Shown in pieces: positions 29,965 to 39,648 of a stretch of 64,000 nucleotides of DNA. The stretch comes from Gemmatimonadales bacterium. Lineage in GTDB: Bacteria > Gemmatimonadota > Gemmatimonadetes > Gemmatimonadales > GWC2-71-9. A program made the position numbers and the translations under genes. Numbering within the stretch: the first letter of the stretch is position 1; each line of letters starts with the position of its first letter. The stretch is taken from the NCBI GenBank assembly GCA_037189525.1, contig JBBCJC010000002.1, positions 96,001 to 160,000 of the forward strand, written 5' to 3'. The notes beneath the pieces are model-generated. The model saw only the letters and a program-made list of their open reading frames with translations, had not been told where the DNA came from and did no database searches.

Positions 29965-30552
29965 TCATCGCCTGCGGGCGCCAGCCTTCCCTTGGGATAT
30001 CTCGCCATCACGGGTATTGCGCAAGGCACCGACGAGTTCCGGAGCCCGCTGTGCCGCATTCCGCGTCGCGACGGTGCATCCGGCTCGCACCATCGGCACA
30101 CTGAATCCGCGGGTACCCCCGCCGGGCCTCGGACCTTCGACCCGCGCCACGACCGAATCGGCGCCAACCCTCCGATAGGCAATCCGCTGCGGAAAATCAT
30201 GCTCGGGATTTTCGAAGACGAGCAACGTGTCCGACAGGTGTGCCGACGGAAAGGTCGTTTCACGCTGGCCTGACGGCGTGGCCACGTACAGCAACCGGGT
30301 GCCGTCAGCTCGAATCCGCAGATGTTCGAACGAGCGGGCAACACCGTCCACCACGGTCCGCCCGCCCCCGATCATGAGGCCGCCCGACGGCACCATCCAG
30401 GTTTCGGTGGTGACCCGGTTACCTGCCCGCGCTTCCCAACACCCGGCAAGCCATCCAAGCCGATCCAGCGGATCGGCTTGCGCATCCAGACGTCCGGCCG
30501 TCGAACCGACCACAACCACCATCGCCACTGCCCAACCAAGACGGTCAGTCAT
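29965..30552 (-). CDS. DUF6265-like secreted protein
   Basis: Signal peptide; LGWLAGCW, ETW..P.GG.M.G, FEHLRI, VFENPEHDFPQRIAY. Confidence 0.8.
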   Translation of the reverse strand: MTDRLGWAVAMVVVVGSTAGRLDAQADPLDRLGWLAGCWEARAGNRVTTETWMVPSGGLMIGGGRTVVDGVARSFEHLRIRADGTRLLYVATPSGQRETTFPSAHLSDTLLVFENPEHDFPQRIAYRRVGADSVVARVEGPRPGGGTRGFSVPMVRAGCTVATRNAAQRAPELVGALRNTRDGEISQGKAGARRR

Positions 30553-30635
30553 TGTCCACTCACATCGAAAGGTCGGGCATCATGGTATGACTCGAAACGG
30601 TCGCCGTCTTGCACAAACACGACATCACGATCGGT

Positions 30636-31445
30636 CTATCGGTCGTGCTCACCGATGAAAGAACGAGCCAGGTCCGATGCACCGCCGAAGAACTGCCGGG
30701 GAGACAGTCCGGCAAACCGGTGGAACTCGCGAATCAGGTGCGCCTGATCGTAGTAGCCACTCGCCGCAGCGATCCGACCGAAGCTGCCGTTCGCACCCTG
30801 CTGCAGCATCGCAAAGGCTCGCCGGAACCGAAGGACTCGCCGCAAGGGCGCCGGCGCCAGGCCCGTAGCACGCGCGAGCCGCCGTTCCAGGGTCCGCGGG
30901 CTGACACCCAGATTTCTGGCAAGCTGGGCAACGGTGGGCGCCCGGCTCTGATCGAGTGCCTGGATCGCCCCGGACGTCAACAGATCGGGCGTTACCCGCC
31001 AGGCGCGCACCAGGACCGCCGACAACGACGCGACCCGCGCATCCACATCCGAGGCGCCCTCCGCAGCAGCGGTCAATGCGGCGGCAAGGCGACGATCGCA
31101 ATCGGTCAATGCCTCGACCCGATCGGTGAGTTCAGCCAGTGGAATCCGAAGGAACGTGGCCGCCGCGGCCGTCCGGAACCGGATGCCGACGACATCGACG
31201 ACACCCGTCGATTGGAGATACAGCGGTGCCGTCATCTGCCCGGCAAGCAACGCGGACGCCTGACGCTCGACCGATCCGTCCGCCAGGCGTCGAAGAAAGG
31301 GGTCTGCGAGATGAAGGACGATTTCGAACCGCCCATCCGCCACCACGGGCTCAGGCAACCCATGACCGACCTCTCCGCGCAGGAACCAGAAGCAGCGGAT
31401 CAAGCCGTCGAGCGGAGGCGGAGCGGGGCGTTCAGTATAGTCCAT
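30636..31445 (-). CDS. AraC-family transcriptional regulator (DUF6597-type N-terminus)
   Basis: MDYTERPAPPPLDGLIRCFW; SPRTLERRL..TGLAP..RVLRF; GYYDQAHLIREFHRFAGLSP. Confidence 0.9.
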   Translation of the reverse strand: MDYTERPAPPPLDGLIRCFWFLRGEVGHGLPEPVVADGRFEIVLHLADPFLRRLADGSVERQASALLAGQMTAPLYLQSTGVVDVVGIRFRTAAAATFLRIPLAELTDRVEALTDCDRRLAAALTAAAEGASDVDARVASLSAVLVRAWRVTPDLLTSGAIQALDQSRAPTVAQLARNLGVSPRTLERRLARATGLAPAPLRRVLRFRRAFAMLQQGANGSFGRIAAASGYYDQAHLIREFHRFAGLSPRQFFGGASDLARSFIGEHDR

Positions 31446-31483
31446 CGGCAGTGTACGCAGCAGGCGTTCGCATCGACTCGGCG

Positions 31484-34033
31484 CTATGATCCCGCACCTC
31501 GGGCCGTCCGATCCATCTTGTGCCTCCATTCGGCCGCCAGCGCGGGCTTACCCCAGGCCTGATACAGGTCGACGATGCGCTGCCGGACGTCGGCCACGAC
31601 TGGAGCAGCCTCACCGCGCAGTTCGATCATTCGGCGTTCGCTTGCCAGCAAGAGTTGTTCGGCCTCGGCATACCTCCCCGCACGTCCGAGGTGCTCGCCC
31701 ATGCTGCTTTCGCTCGACACGATCAGCCAGTGGCCCTCGGGAAGATGCGTTCTCCGGAGCGCCAGGCTCTCACGCAGCCAGCGCTCACCCGCCGCGAGCG
31801 AGTCGAGCCGGTCGAGCGCGCGCCCCAGAACGCCCATCGATGCCGCCACCATCGGGTGCGCATCGCCGAGCGACCGGTCGCGCAGGGCAATCACCTCGCG
31901 AGCGTGGGTGGCGGCTTCGGAATACCGCTCGGCGCGGAAGAGGAAATCGGCGTAGTTGTACAGCGTCCAGGCATACTCGGGGTGCTCGGTGCCAAGCAAC
32001 TGGCGCCGCATCTCGAGCGTGGCACGAAACGTCGAATCGGCCAGCTCGAAGGACGCAGTCCGCTGCCGCAACGATGCCAGCGGAGACAGGATAGCCGCGA
32101 CCAGCGGGTGGACCTCGCCATGGGCGCGACGGGCCGACTGGAGCGCCAGCACCAGCAGGCTTTCCGCCGGAGCGTCCTGCCCCACGTCGCCGGTGGCCAC
32201 GCCCAGGTTGGCATAGGCATAGGCCAGAACGGAATCGTTGCCGGCGGCGTGGCGACGGTACAATTCGAGGGCCCGGGCCAGCAGGGGCACAGCCTGCTGC
32301 GCATCACCGATCCGCATCAGGAGCCGACCACGGCTGTCCGCGTAGTTCGCCGCGGCGATCCCGTCGTCTCGATCGAGCGGATACAACGCGAGGGCCTCCC
32401 GATGCATCGAGTCGGCCTCGCCATAGCGCCCCTGCAGCTCCAGGGCCGCGGCAACCTGGACCAGTGCCAGCGCGGTTTCACGGGGGTCGGCCGGCACCAT
32501 CCGGCGGCGCGCAGCAAGCGCGTCGGCAAACTGCCGCTCGGCCGCCGTGAACTCGCCAAGACCGAGATAGGTGCCACCGATGATACTCCGGATCTCGGCT
32601 TCCAGTTCCGGCCGCTGCCGCAGCGTATCGGCACGAACGGCCGCGCTATCGAGCACCGCGCGCATCGTGACATCCCGCCCCAGCGAGGCCGGGTTCGCCG
32701 CCACGAGCATCGTGGTCAGGAAGCCCTTGACCTCCGTCACCAGCGCCCGCTCCCGCTCGGCTTCGCGCGCCTTGAGGGCGGTGGCAATCAAACCGCCGAT
32801 CAGGAACACCCCCGCCAGCGCCAATGCCGCCGCCTCGGCGCGATGCCGGCGGATCAGCTTGCGAATCCGATAGCCGACCCCCTCCGGCCGCGCCGTGACC
32901 GGCAGGCCGTCGAGGTAGTGGCCGATGTCGCGCGCCAGATGTTCGACCGACCCGTAGCGGCGCTCGGGTTCCTTGCGCAGCGCCATCAGGACGATCGCAT
33001 CCAGGTCGCCCTCGATCCGCGCCCGACCCCGGCGGGACGAACGCTCTCCCAGCAACTCGAACCGCGCATCGGTCAGCAGCGAACTCGGTTTCGCCGGTGC
33101 CGACTCCGAGATCAGCCGCTCCACCTCGATCGCACTCTTGCCGCGCAGGTCGAAGGGGCGGCTACCCGTCAGCTGCTCGAATAGCACCACGCCCAACGCA
33201 TAGACGTCCGAACGGGTGCCGACCGGATGACCGAGCACTTGCTCCGGAGAGGCATAGTCGGGCGTATAGGCGCGGGTTTCGGCCACCGTCGCTGGAGACG
33301 TGTCGGTACCGACGTCGTTCGCCAGTAGCTTGGCAATGCCGAAGTCGAGCAGCTTGACCTGCCCTTCCTCGGACACCAGGATGTTGCCCGGCTTGAGATC
33401 CCGATGGACGACCAGACTCTGGTGGGCGTACTGCACCGCCCGGCAAACCTGGAGAAAGAGCAGCAGACGGTCCCGCACCGAAAGACGTCGCTGATCGGCC
33501 CACCGGCTGATCGGCTCGCCCTCGACGTACTCCATCACGATGTAGGGCTGCCCGTCTGGTGTGACACCGCCGTCGAGCAGGCTCGCGATATTGGGATGGT
33601 TCAGGTTGGCGAGAATCTGTCGCTCGGCCCGAAAGCGGCGCCGGATCCCATCGTCGTCGGTGTACCGATGCAGGAACTTGATCGCCACCCGCTTCTGGTA
33701 CTCTTCGTCGGCGCGGGCCGCTTCATAGACACTGCCCATGCCACCCACTCCGATCCGCCGGACCACCTGATACACGCCCACGCGCGCACCGGCCCAGGGA
33801 TCGGTCGACGCCGCCGCGGCTCGTCGCAGCGCCTCACCCGACTCCTGCGGATCGAGACCGGTCCGATCGTGCGCTTCCAGCAGTGACTGGACCTCCTCCG
33901 CCAGCTCGGCATCACCGGTACGCAGTTCGTCGAGTATCGCGGACCGTTGATCGGCGGGCAGGTCGACCACGCGCTCGAAGTGGTCTTTGATGACACGGAG
34001 ACGGGCAGGGGTCAGGGGCACATCGGATGACAT
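31484..34033 (-). CDS. membrane-anchored Hanks-type Ser/Thr protein kinase with C-terminal TPR repeats
   Basis: IGVGGMGSVY, VAIK, HRDLKPGN, DFGIAK, YASPEQ, SDVYALG; one TM segment; repeated GxxHP..A TPR units. Confidence 0.95.
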   Translation of the reverse strand: MSSDVPLTPARLRVIKDHFERVVDLPADQRSAILDELRTGDAELAEEVQSLLEAHDRTGLDPQESGEALRRAAAASTDPWAGARVGVYQVVRRIGVGGMGSVYEAARADEEYQKRVAIKFLHRYTDDDGIRRRFRAERQILANLNHPNIASLLDGGVTPDGQPYIVMEYVEGEPISRWADQRRLSVRDRLLLFLQVCRAVQYAHQSLVVHRDLKPGNILVSEEGQVKLLDFGIAKLLANDVGTDTSPATVAETRAYTPDYASPEQVLGHPVGTRSDVYALGVVLFEQLTGSRPFDLRGKSAIEVERLISESAPAKPSSLLTDARFELLGERSSRRGRARIEGDLDAIVLMALRKEPERRYGSVEHLARDIGHYLDGLPVTARPEGVGYRIRKLIRRHRAEAAALALAGVFLIGGLIATALKAREAERERALVTEVKGFLTTMLVAANPASLGRDVTMRAVLDSAAVRADTLRQRPELEAEIRSIIGGTYLGLGEFTAAERQFADALAARRRMVPADPRETALALVQVAAALELQGRYGEADSMHREALALYPLDRDDGIAAANYADSRGRLLMRIGDAQQAVPLLARALELYRRHAAGNDSVLAYAYANLGVATGDVGQDAPAESLLVLALQSARRAHGEVHPLVAAILSPLASLRQRTASFELADSTFRATLEMRRQLLGTEHPEYAWTLYNYADFLFRAERYSEAATHAREVIALRDRSLGDAHPMVAASMGVLGRALDRLDSLAAGERWLRESLALRRTHLPEGHWLIVSSESSMGEHLGRAGRYAEAEQLLLASERRMIELRGEAAPVVADVRQRIVDLYQAWGKPALAAEWRHKMDRTARGAGS

Positions 34034-34161
34034 CCCGCCGGGACCTCGAAGGAAGAATCGGCCGCCTGCGACCGATGAATTGTAGCTGAGGGTCGAGCCA
34101 AGCTATGGCGCTTCGGAAAGACGGTCAAGACAGCGCGAGGCAACGCGCCCCGCCCCCCGCC

Positions 34162-34605
34162 TCAACGGAGGTCGTGACGCTGATCCCGACCGACGATGAG
34201 GTCCGCGCTGGAGAGCCGCTCCGAGCCGCGGGGCGGCCAGCACAACGCGCCGATCAGCGCGCCCGCGAGCAGACCGGCAACCGCCGTCATACCTGCGAGG
34301 TCGAGCGGGATCCACTCGGGCCAGAGCCCCAGGGCAAACCCGCCCACGCTCGAGAAAATGAGCCCGGTGATGCCCCCGACCAGCGCACCCGCTACACGGC
34401 TCCGGGTCCGGGGCCAGCTCCAGTGCAACAGCAGACCGCCGAGCAGGCCTCCGACCGCGACGACCACCGCATCGAGGATCAGCTGCGCCAGGACCGGACG
34501 CGTCGGCCCCCCGCGCGACGCAAACCAATAGCGGAGCGCCGCCAGACCGAGCAGCCCGCCCGTCGCCAGCAGAGACCGGAGAATCAGATTGGGCGCCTTT
34601 GCCAT
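34162..34605 (-). CDS. hypothetical membrane protein (about 4 TM)
   Basis: MAKAPNLILRSLLATGG...; four Gly-rich hydrophobic segments; GGGAG upstream. Confidence 0.65.
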   Translation of the reverse strand: MAKAPNLILRSLLATGGLLGLAALRYWFASRGGPTRPVLAQLILDAVVVAVGGLLGGLLLHWSWPRTRSRVAGALVGGITGLIFSSVGGFALGLWPEWIPLDLAGMTAVAGLLAGALIGALCWPPRGSERLSSADLIVGRDQRHDLR

Positions 34606-34819
34606 GCTCCCGTCTTTCCTCTGTCCCACCGAACTGCATCAGGCTCCGCCCAACGGAACCGGAAGGCTGCCTGTTCCATGTTGGCCGAAAATCGGGCCTT
34701 TCCCTCGTCAGTCGTCAACGATTTCGCGCCTCGGATCGTAGTAATTTGTATCGCCATTTCCAACCGGGCGCCTCACCCGGCGCCCGATTCCCATCGCACT
34801 ACCGGTGTCCCGGAGTATC

Positions 34820-37800
34820 ATGACTCGTTTGCCAATTCGCCCGTGGTCGGTTGCGGCCGCCGCAACGATCTTCGCCTCGTCCGTTGCCGCGCAGTCCGCG
34901 CCGCGCAAACCCGACCTGCCGCTCTCGGCGGCTCGCACCGCCGCGTTCACGGCGACCCAGGGATCCTGGATGTCGCTGGACGTGAGCCCGGACGGGCAGA
35001 CCATCGTCTTCGACCTGCTGGGTGATCTCTACACCCTGCCGATTGCCGGCGGCAAAGCCACCCGCATCACCAGCGGACTGGCCTTCGATGCCCAGCCCCG
35101 GTTCAGCCCCGATGGGAAGCGGATCGCGTTCGTGTCGGATCGAAGCGGCGGTGACAACCTCTGGGTCATGTCGCTCGACCGCCGCGACACGGTCCAGGTG
35201 ACCAAAGGCGACGCCAATACCTATCTCTCGCCCGAGTGGACACCCGACGGCAAGTACCTCGTCGCGTCGCGCACCAGCGGCGGGCCGGCCGGTCCGCCCA
35301 AGCTCTGGCTCTTCCACGTCGACGGTGGCACCGGCATTCCGCTCATCACGGCCCCGCAACCGCTCAAGACGGTCGGCGCCGCCTTCGGCAACGACGGACG
35401 GTACATCTGGTACGCCTCCCGCACCGGCGATTTCAGCTACAACGTGATCTTCCCTGCGTACCAACTGAGCGTCTACGATCGGGAAACCGGCAACCAGACC
35501 CGGATGAGTTCGCGCTACGGCTCGGCGTTCCGGCCGGCGCTGTCGTCGGACGGCAAGTGGCTGGTCTACGGCACCCGCGAAAAAACGGAAACCGGCCTGC
35601 GAATCCGCGACCTGGCCACCGGCGAAGAACGCTGGCTGGCCTATCCGGTGCAGCGCGACGAACAGGAATCGCGCGCCTCGCTCGACGTGCTGCCCGGCTA
35701 CTCGTTTACCCCGGATAACCGCGCCGTGGTCCTCTCGTACGGCGGCGAGATCTGGCGGGTCGGCATCGACGGCGGGCCGGCCAGCAAGATTCCATTTACT
35801 GCTGACGTTTCAGTCGATGTCGGGCCCCACGTCAAGTTCACCAACCGGGTCGACACGACCACCACCTTCCACGCCCGGCAAATTCGGGACATCGCGCCGT
35901 CTCCCGACGGCAAGCGGATTGCCTTCACCGCCCTCGACCGGATTTACGTCGCCGATTATCCCGCCGGCACGCCGCAGCGGCTGACCGATCAGGAGATCGG
36001 TGAGAATTCGCCGGTCTGGGCGCCGGATGGCAGCGCGATTGCCTTCGCGACCTGGTCCGATGCAGCCGGTGGCCATCTGATGCGGGCGCCGGTGGTGCGC
36101 GGCGGCAAGGCCAAGGCGGTTCGCCTGAGCGACGTGCCGGGCAGCTACGATGAACTGGTCTGGGCGCCTAACGGTCGCATCGTGGCCGTTCAGCGCGCCA
36201 CCCGCGACCTCCAGGACCTGGGCGCCTCGTCCTTCCTCGGTGCAAGCGGCGCCTCCAGTCTGATCTGGGTGCCCGCCACCGGCGGCGCGGTGACGCTGAT
36301 CGCGCCGAGCGCCGGGCGAAGCCGGCCGCATTTTACCGGGGACGTGGAACGGATCTACGCCTACAGCCGCACCGACGGCCTGGTGTCCTTCCGCTGGGAC
36401 GGCACCGATCAGCGGTCTCACCTCAAGGTGACCGCACCGACCGGACCTGTCGGCGCCGCGCCCGATTTCGAGTCGGTGCTGCGCATGGCCGGAAACCCGT
36501 CGGGCAATCCGTCGCCCGATGTTCCACAACTCGATATGCATCCCGATCCGACGGAAACCGGTGCGCCGGCTCCACCGGCCGGGCTCGTGATCATGGCTCC
36601 CTCCGGCGACCAGGCCTTGGCCTATGTCGGAATGGATGTCTATCTGGTGACTGTCCCGCAGGTCGGCGGCACCACACCGACCGTGTCACTGACGTCGCCG
36701 GACAACGCGGCAGTGCCCGTCAAGAAGCTCAACGATATCGGCGCGCAGTTCCCGACCTGGAACGCCGACGGCTCCGCGATCTTCTGGGCAATCGGCAACG
36801 CCGCGCTGCGCTACGACCTGGCCCGCGCCCGCGCCGTCGACGACAGCCTCAAGCGCGCCACTCGGCAAACGCCGGCCGATACCGCCGGCCGAGCCGACTC
36901 GACCAGGCGACAGGCTGCCACCAAGGCCGGCTATCGGCCGGATGAGCACCGCATCCGGGTCGCCATCACCCGCGATACCCCGCGTGGCGTCGCGGTGCTG
37001 CGCGGCGGCCGGGCCGTGACCATGAAGGGCAAGGAGATCATCGACAACGCGGACATCGTGGTGCGCGACAACCGAATCGGCGCCATCGGACCGCGCGGCC
37101 AGGTCACCATCCCTTCCGGCGCGCGCGAAATCGACGTGTCCGGCAAGACCATCATCCCCGGCTTCGTCGACATCCACTACCATCCGCAGTGGCTGGTGCC
37201 GAATGTGCACAGCAACCAGGTCTGGCAGTATCTCGCGACGCTGGCGTACGGCACCACCACCACCCGTGACCCGCAGACCGCCGTCACCGACGTGCTGACC
37301 TACCAAGACCGGGTTGAGACCGGCGAGATGATCGGACCGCGGATCTATCACACCGGCCCGGGCGTATTCAGCGCCGAACGGATCCGCGATCTGGATCATG
37401 CCCGCACCGTGCTGCGCAGGTATTCCGATTACTATGGCGTCACGACCATCAAGATGTACGGCGCCGGCAATCGGCGGCAGCGCCAGTGGATCATCATGGC
37501 CGCCAAGGAACTCGGCATCATGCCCACCACGGAAGGTTCGCTCGATATCCGAGCCAACCTGACGATGGCCATCGACGGCTACCCGGGCATCGAACACAAT
37601 CTGCCGGTCGCGCCGCTGTTCAAGGATGTGGTAGAGCTGTTCAAGACGTCACAAACGACCAGCACGCCGACTTTGATCGTGACCTACGGCGGCCCCTGGG
37701 GCGAGCAGTACTTCTATACCAACGAGAAGCCGGGTGCCGATCCCAAGCTGCAGCGCTTTACGCCGCAGTCGGAACTCGACTACAAAGTCCGCCGGCGGGG

Positions 37801-38269
37801 CGCGGGCAACGGACCAGGCGCAGGCGGATGGTTCGACCCCGAGGAATACGTCATGCATCGGCATGGCGCCTTCATCAAGGATCTGGTGGAGAATGGTGCG
37901 CGCGCCGGTGTCGGCAGCCACGGCCAGCTCCAGGGCCTCGGCGTGCATTGGGAAATCTGGGCGATGCAGAAGGGCGGGCTCAGCAACCACGACATGCTCC
38001 GGGTCGCGACGATCTACGGCGCCGAAGCCATCGGAATGGAGATGGATGTCGGCACCCTCGAATCCGGAAAGCTGGCGGACATCCTGGTTCTGGACCGGAA
38101 TCCGCTCGACGACATCCGGAACACCAACAGTATCCGCTACGTCATGAAAGATGGACGGCTCTATGAGGCGGACACCTTGAACGAGATCTACCCTCGGCAA
38201 CGCGCGTTGCCGGCGCAGTGGTGGATGAACGGATCGCAGTCGCCGCGCAACACGCCGGGACTCCAGTAG
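34820..38269 (+). CDS. secreted TolB-like beta-propeller + amidohydrolase fusion protein
   Basis: Signal peptide; many SPDG PD40 repeats; C-terminal PGFVDIHYH, IEH, GSHGQLQGLG, GTLESGKLADILVLD; GGAG RBS. Confidence 0.92.
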   Translation: MTRLPIRPWSVAAAATIFASSVAAQSAPRKPDLPLSAARTAAFTATQGSWMSLDVSPDGQTIVFDLLGDLYTLPIAGGKATRITSGLAFDAQPRFSPDGKRIAFVSDRSGGDNLWVMSLDRRDTVQVTKGDANTYLSPEWTPDGKYLVASRTSGGPAGPPKLWLFHVDGGTGIPLITAPQPLKTVGAAFGNDGRYIWYASRTGDFSYNVIFPAYQLSVYDRETGNQTRMSSRYGSAFRPALSSDGKWLVYGTREKTETGLRIRDLATGEERWLAYPVQRDEQESRASLDVLPGYSFTPDNRAVVLSYGGEIWRVGIDGGPASKIPFTADVSVDVGPHVKFTNRVDTTTTFHARQIRDIAPSPDGKRIAFTALDRIYVADYPAGTPQRLTDQEIGENSPVWAPDGSAIAFATWSDAAGGHLMRAPVVRGGKAKAVRLSDVPGSYDELVWAPNGRIVAVQRATRDLQDLGASSFLGASGASSLIWVPATGGAVTLIAPSAGRSRPHFTGDVERIYAYSRTDGLVSFRWDGTDQRSHLKVTAPTGPVGAAPDFESVLRMAGNPSGNPSPDVPQLDMHPDPTETGAPAPPAGLVIMAPSGDQALAYVGMDVYLVTVPQVGGTTPTVSLTSPDNAAVPVKKLNDIGAQFPTWNADGSAIFWAIGNAALRYDLARARAVDDSLKRATRQTPADTAGRADSTRRQAATKAGYRPDEHRIRVAITRDTPRGVAVLRGGRAVTMKGKEIIDNADIVVRDNRIGAIGPRGQVTIPSGAREIDVSGKTIIPGFVDIHYHPQWLVPNVHSNQVWQYLATLAYGTTTTRDPQTAVTDVLTYQDRVETGEMIGPRIYHTGPGVFSAERIRDLDHARTVLRRYSDYYGVTTIKMYGAGNRRQRQWIIMAAKELGIMPTTEGSLDIRANLTMAIDGYPGIEHNLPVAPLFKDVVELFKTSQTTSTPTLIVTYGGPWGEQYFYTNEKPGADPKLQRFTPQSELDYKVRRRGAGNGPGAGGWFDPEEYVMHRHGAFIKDLVENGARAGVGSHGQLQGLGVHWEIWAMQKGGLSNHDMLRVATIYGAEAIGMEMDVGTLESGKLADILVLDRNPLDDIRNTNSIRYVMKDGRLYEADTLNEIYPRQRALPAQWWMNGSQSPRNTPGLQ

Positions 38270-38279
38270 CTCGAAGTAT

Positions 38280-38321
38280 CCGGTACCGGTGGTGTCGCAT
38301 GCGACCAACCACCGGTACCGG
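38280..38321. repeat. 42-bp nested palindrome
   Basis: CCGGTACCGGTGGT-GTCGCATGCGAC-CA-ACCACCGGTACCGG: perfect 14-bp outer arms and a 12-bp perfect inner palindrome. Confidence 0.85.
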
Positions 38322-38381
38322 GCATCCCCAACCCGTCGGAACGACGACGTCACAGCTCTCTTTTCGGAACTCAGTGACCCG

Positions 38382-39488
38382 ATGATCTCTCGCGCCCGTT
38401 TTCTCATCCTGGGCGCCGCGTTGGCCGCGGCCCCTCTGTTCGGCTCGACCCTCGCCGCGCAACGCCACTTCCCGTCCGACGCCGCCATTCGCGCCATTCT
38501 CGATGATCAGGTGACCAATAAGGGCACCGTCGGGCTCGTGCTCGGTGTGATGGAGGCCGACGGCAGCACCCGCATCTACACGGCCGGGCGGTCCGGCGGC
38601 GCCGCAGCACTCGATGGCAACACGGTGTTCGAAATCGGTTCGATCACCAAGGTGTTCACGACCAGCCTGCTCGCTGACATGGTGTCCCGCGGAGAGGTTG
38701 CCCTCGACGATCCGGTCCAGAAATATCTGCCGAGCGGCGTCACCGTACCGGCCCGCAACGGGAAGCAGATCACCCTGGCGAATCTGGCCGCGGTCAACTC
38801 TGGCTTGCCGCGCACTCCCACCAACTTCCGCCCGGCAGACCGCTCCAATCCGTTTGCGGACTACACGGTCGCCCAGCTGTACGAGTTTCTGAACGGATAC
38901 ACCCTGCCCCGCGACATCGGCGCCGAGTATGAGTACTCGAACGTTGGGATGGGCTTGCTGGGACATGCGCTGGCGCTGCGGCTGGGCAAGAGCTACATCG
39001 AAGCCGTCGACGAGCGGGTCCTCACCCCGCTCGGTATGCAGCACACGGCAATCACCCTGACACCGTGGATGCAGCAGCACCTGGCTCCCGGGCACAACGC
39101 CGAGGGCGCCATCGTTCCCAACTGGGATATTCCGACGCTTGCCGGGACCGGGGCCATCCGGTCGAACGTGAACGACATGTTCAAGTTCCTGGCCGCCCAT
39201 CTGAACCCGGACTCGAAACCACTCGGCCCCGTCCTGGCCATCACCCACGCGGCCCGCACCCAGACCAGCTCGCCCGCCATGTCGGTCGGACTGGCCTGGC
39301 ACATTCGCAACACGCCGAGCGGCCCGATCGTCTGGCACAACGGCGGCACCGGAGGCTACCGGACATTCATGGGGTTCGATCCGGCGACGAAGGTAGGGGT
39401 CGTGCTGCTCACCAACACCCAGGTGTCGGCCGACAACATCGGGTTTCACCTGATCAAGCCGGAGATTCCGCTCACCGCAGGCCGGTAG
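38382..39488 (+). CDS. serine hydrolase (beta-lactamase class C / D-Ala-D-Ala peptidase-like), copy 1
   Basis: FEIGSITK (SxxK), YEYSN (YxN), WHNGGTGG; signal peptide. Confidence 0.92.
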   Translation: MISRARFLILGAALAAAPLFGSTLAAQRHFPSDAAIRAILDDQVTNKGTVGLVLGVMEADGSTRIYTAGRSGGAAALDGNTVFEIGSITKVFTTSLLADMVSRGEVALDDPVQKYLPSGVTVPARNGKQITLANLAAVNSGLPRTPTNFRPADRSNPFADYTVAQLYEFLNGYTLPRDIGAEYEYSNVGMGLLGHALALRLGKSYIEAVDERVLTPLGMQHTAITLTPWMQQHLAPGHNAEGAIVPNWDIPTLAGTGAIRSNVNDMFKFLAAHLNPDSKPLGPVLAITHAARTQTSSPAMSVGLAWHIRNTPSGPIVWHNGGTGGYRTFMGFDPATKVGVVLLTNTQVSADNIGFHLIKPEIPLTAGR

Positions 39489-39499
39489 CTCCCAGTCCT

Positions 39500-39550
39500 C
39501 CCCAGCACGCTACGGGCTCCGGGATTTCCGGGGCCCGTCGTGCGTTGGGG
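39500..39550 (+). other. long imperfect hairpin between the two serine hydrolase paralogs
   Basis: ACGGGCTCCGG-gattt-CCGGGGCCCGT core stem extended by CCCCAGCACGC / GTGCGTTGGGG; no U-tract. Confidence 0.55.
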
Positions 39551-39648
39551 TGTGTAAGATTCGACCGGTAACTGCAACCTATCCTTCGACAGGGTCCGCA
39601 GTCGCGGGCCGAGCTGGTGGCCGGATTTACTCTCTCGACTGGTGGACG

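Noticed and set aside
29965..30075. Low-complexity C-terminal extension of the DUF6265-like ORF suggesting a lost stop codon
   Set aside because: Cannot be distinguished from a natural tail without homolog alignment.
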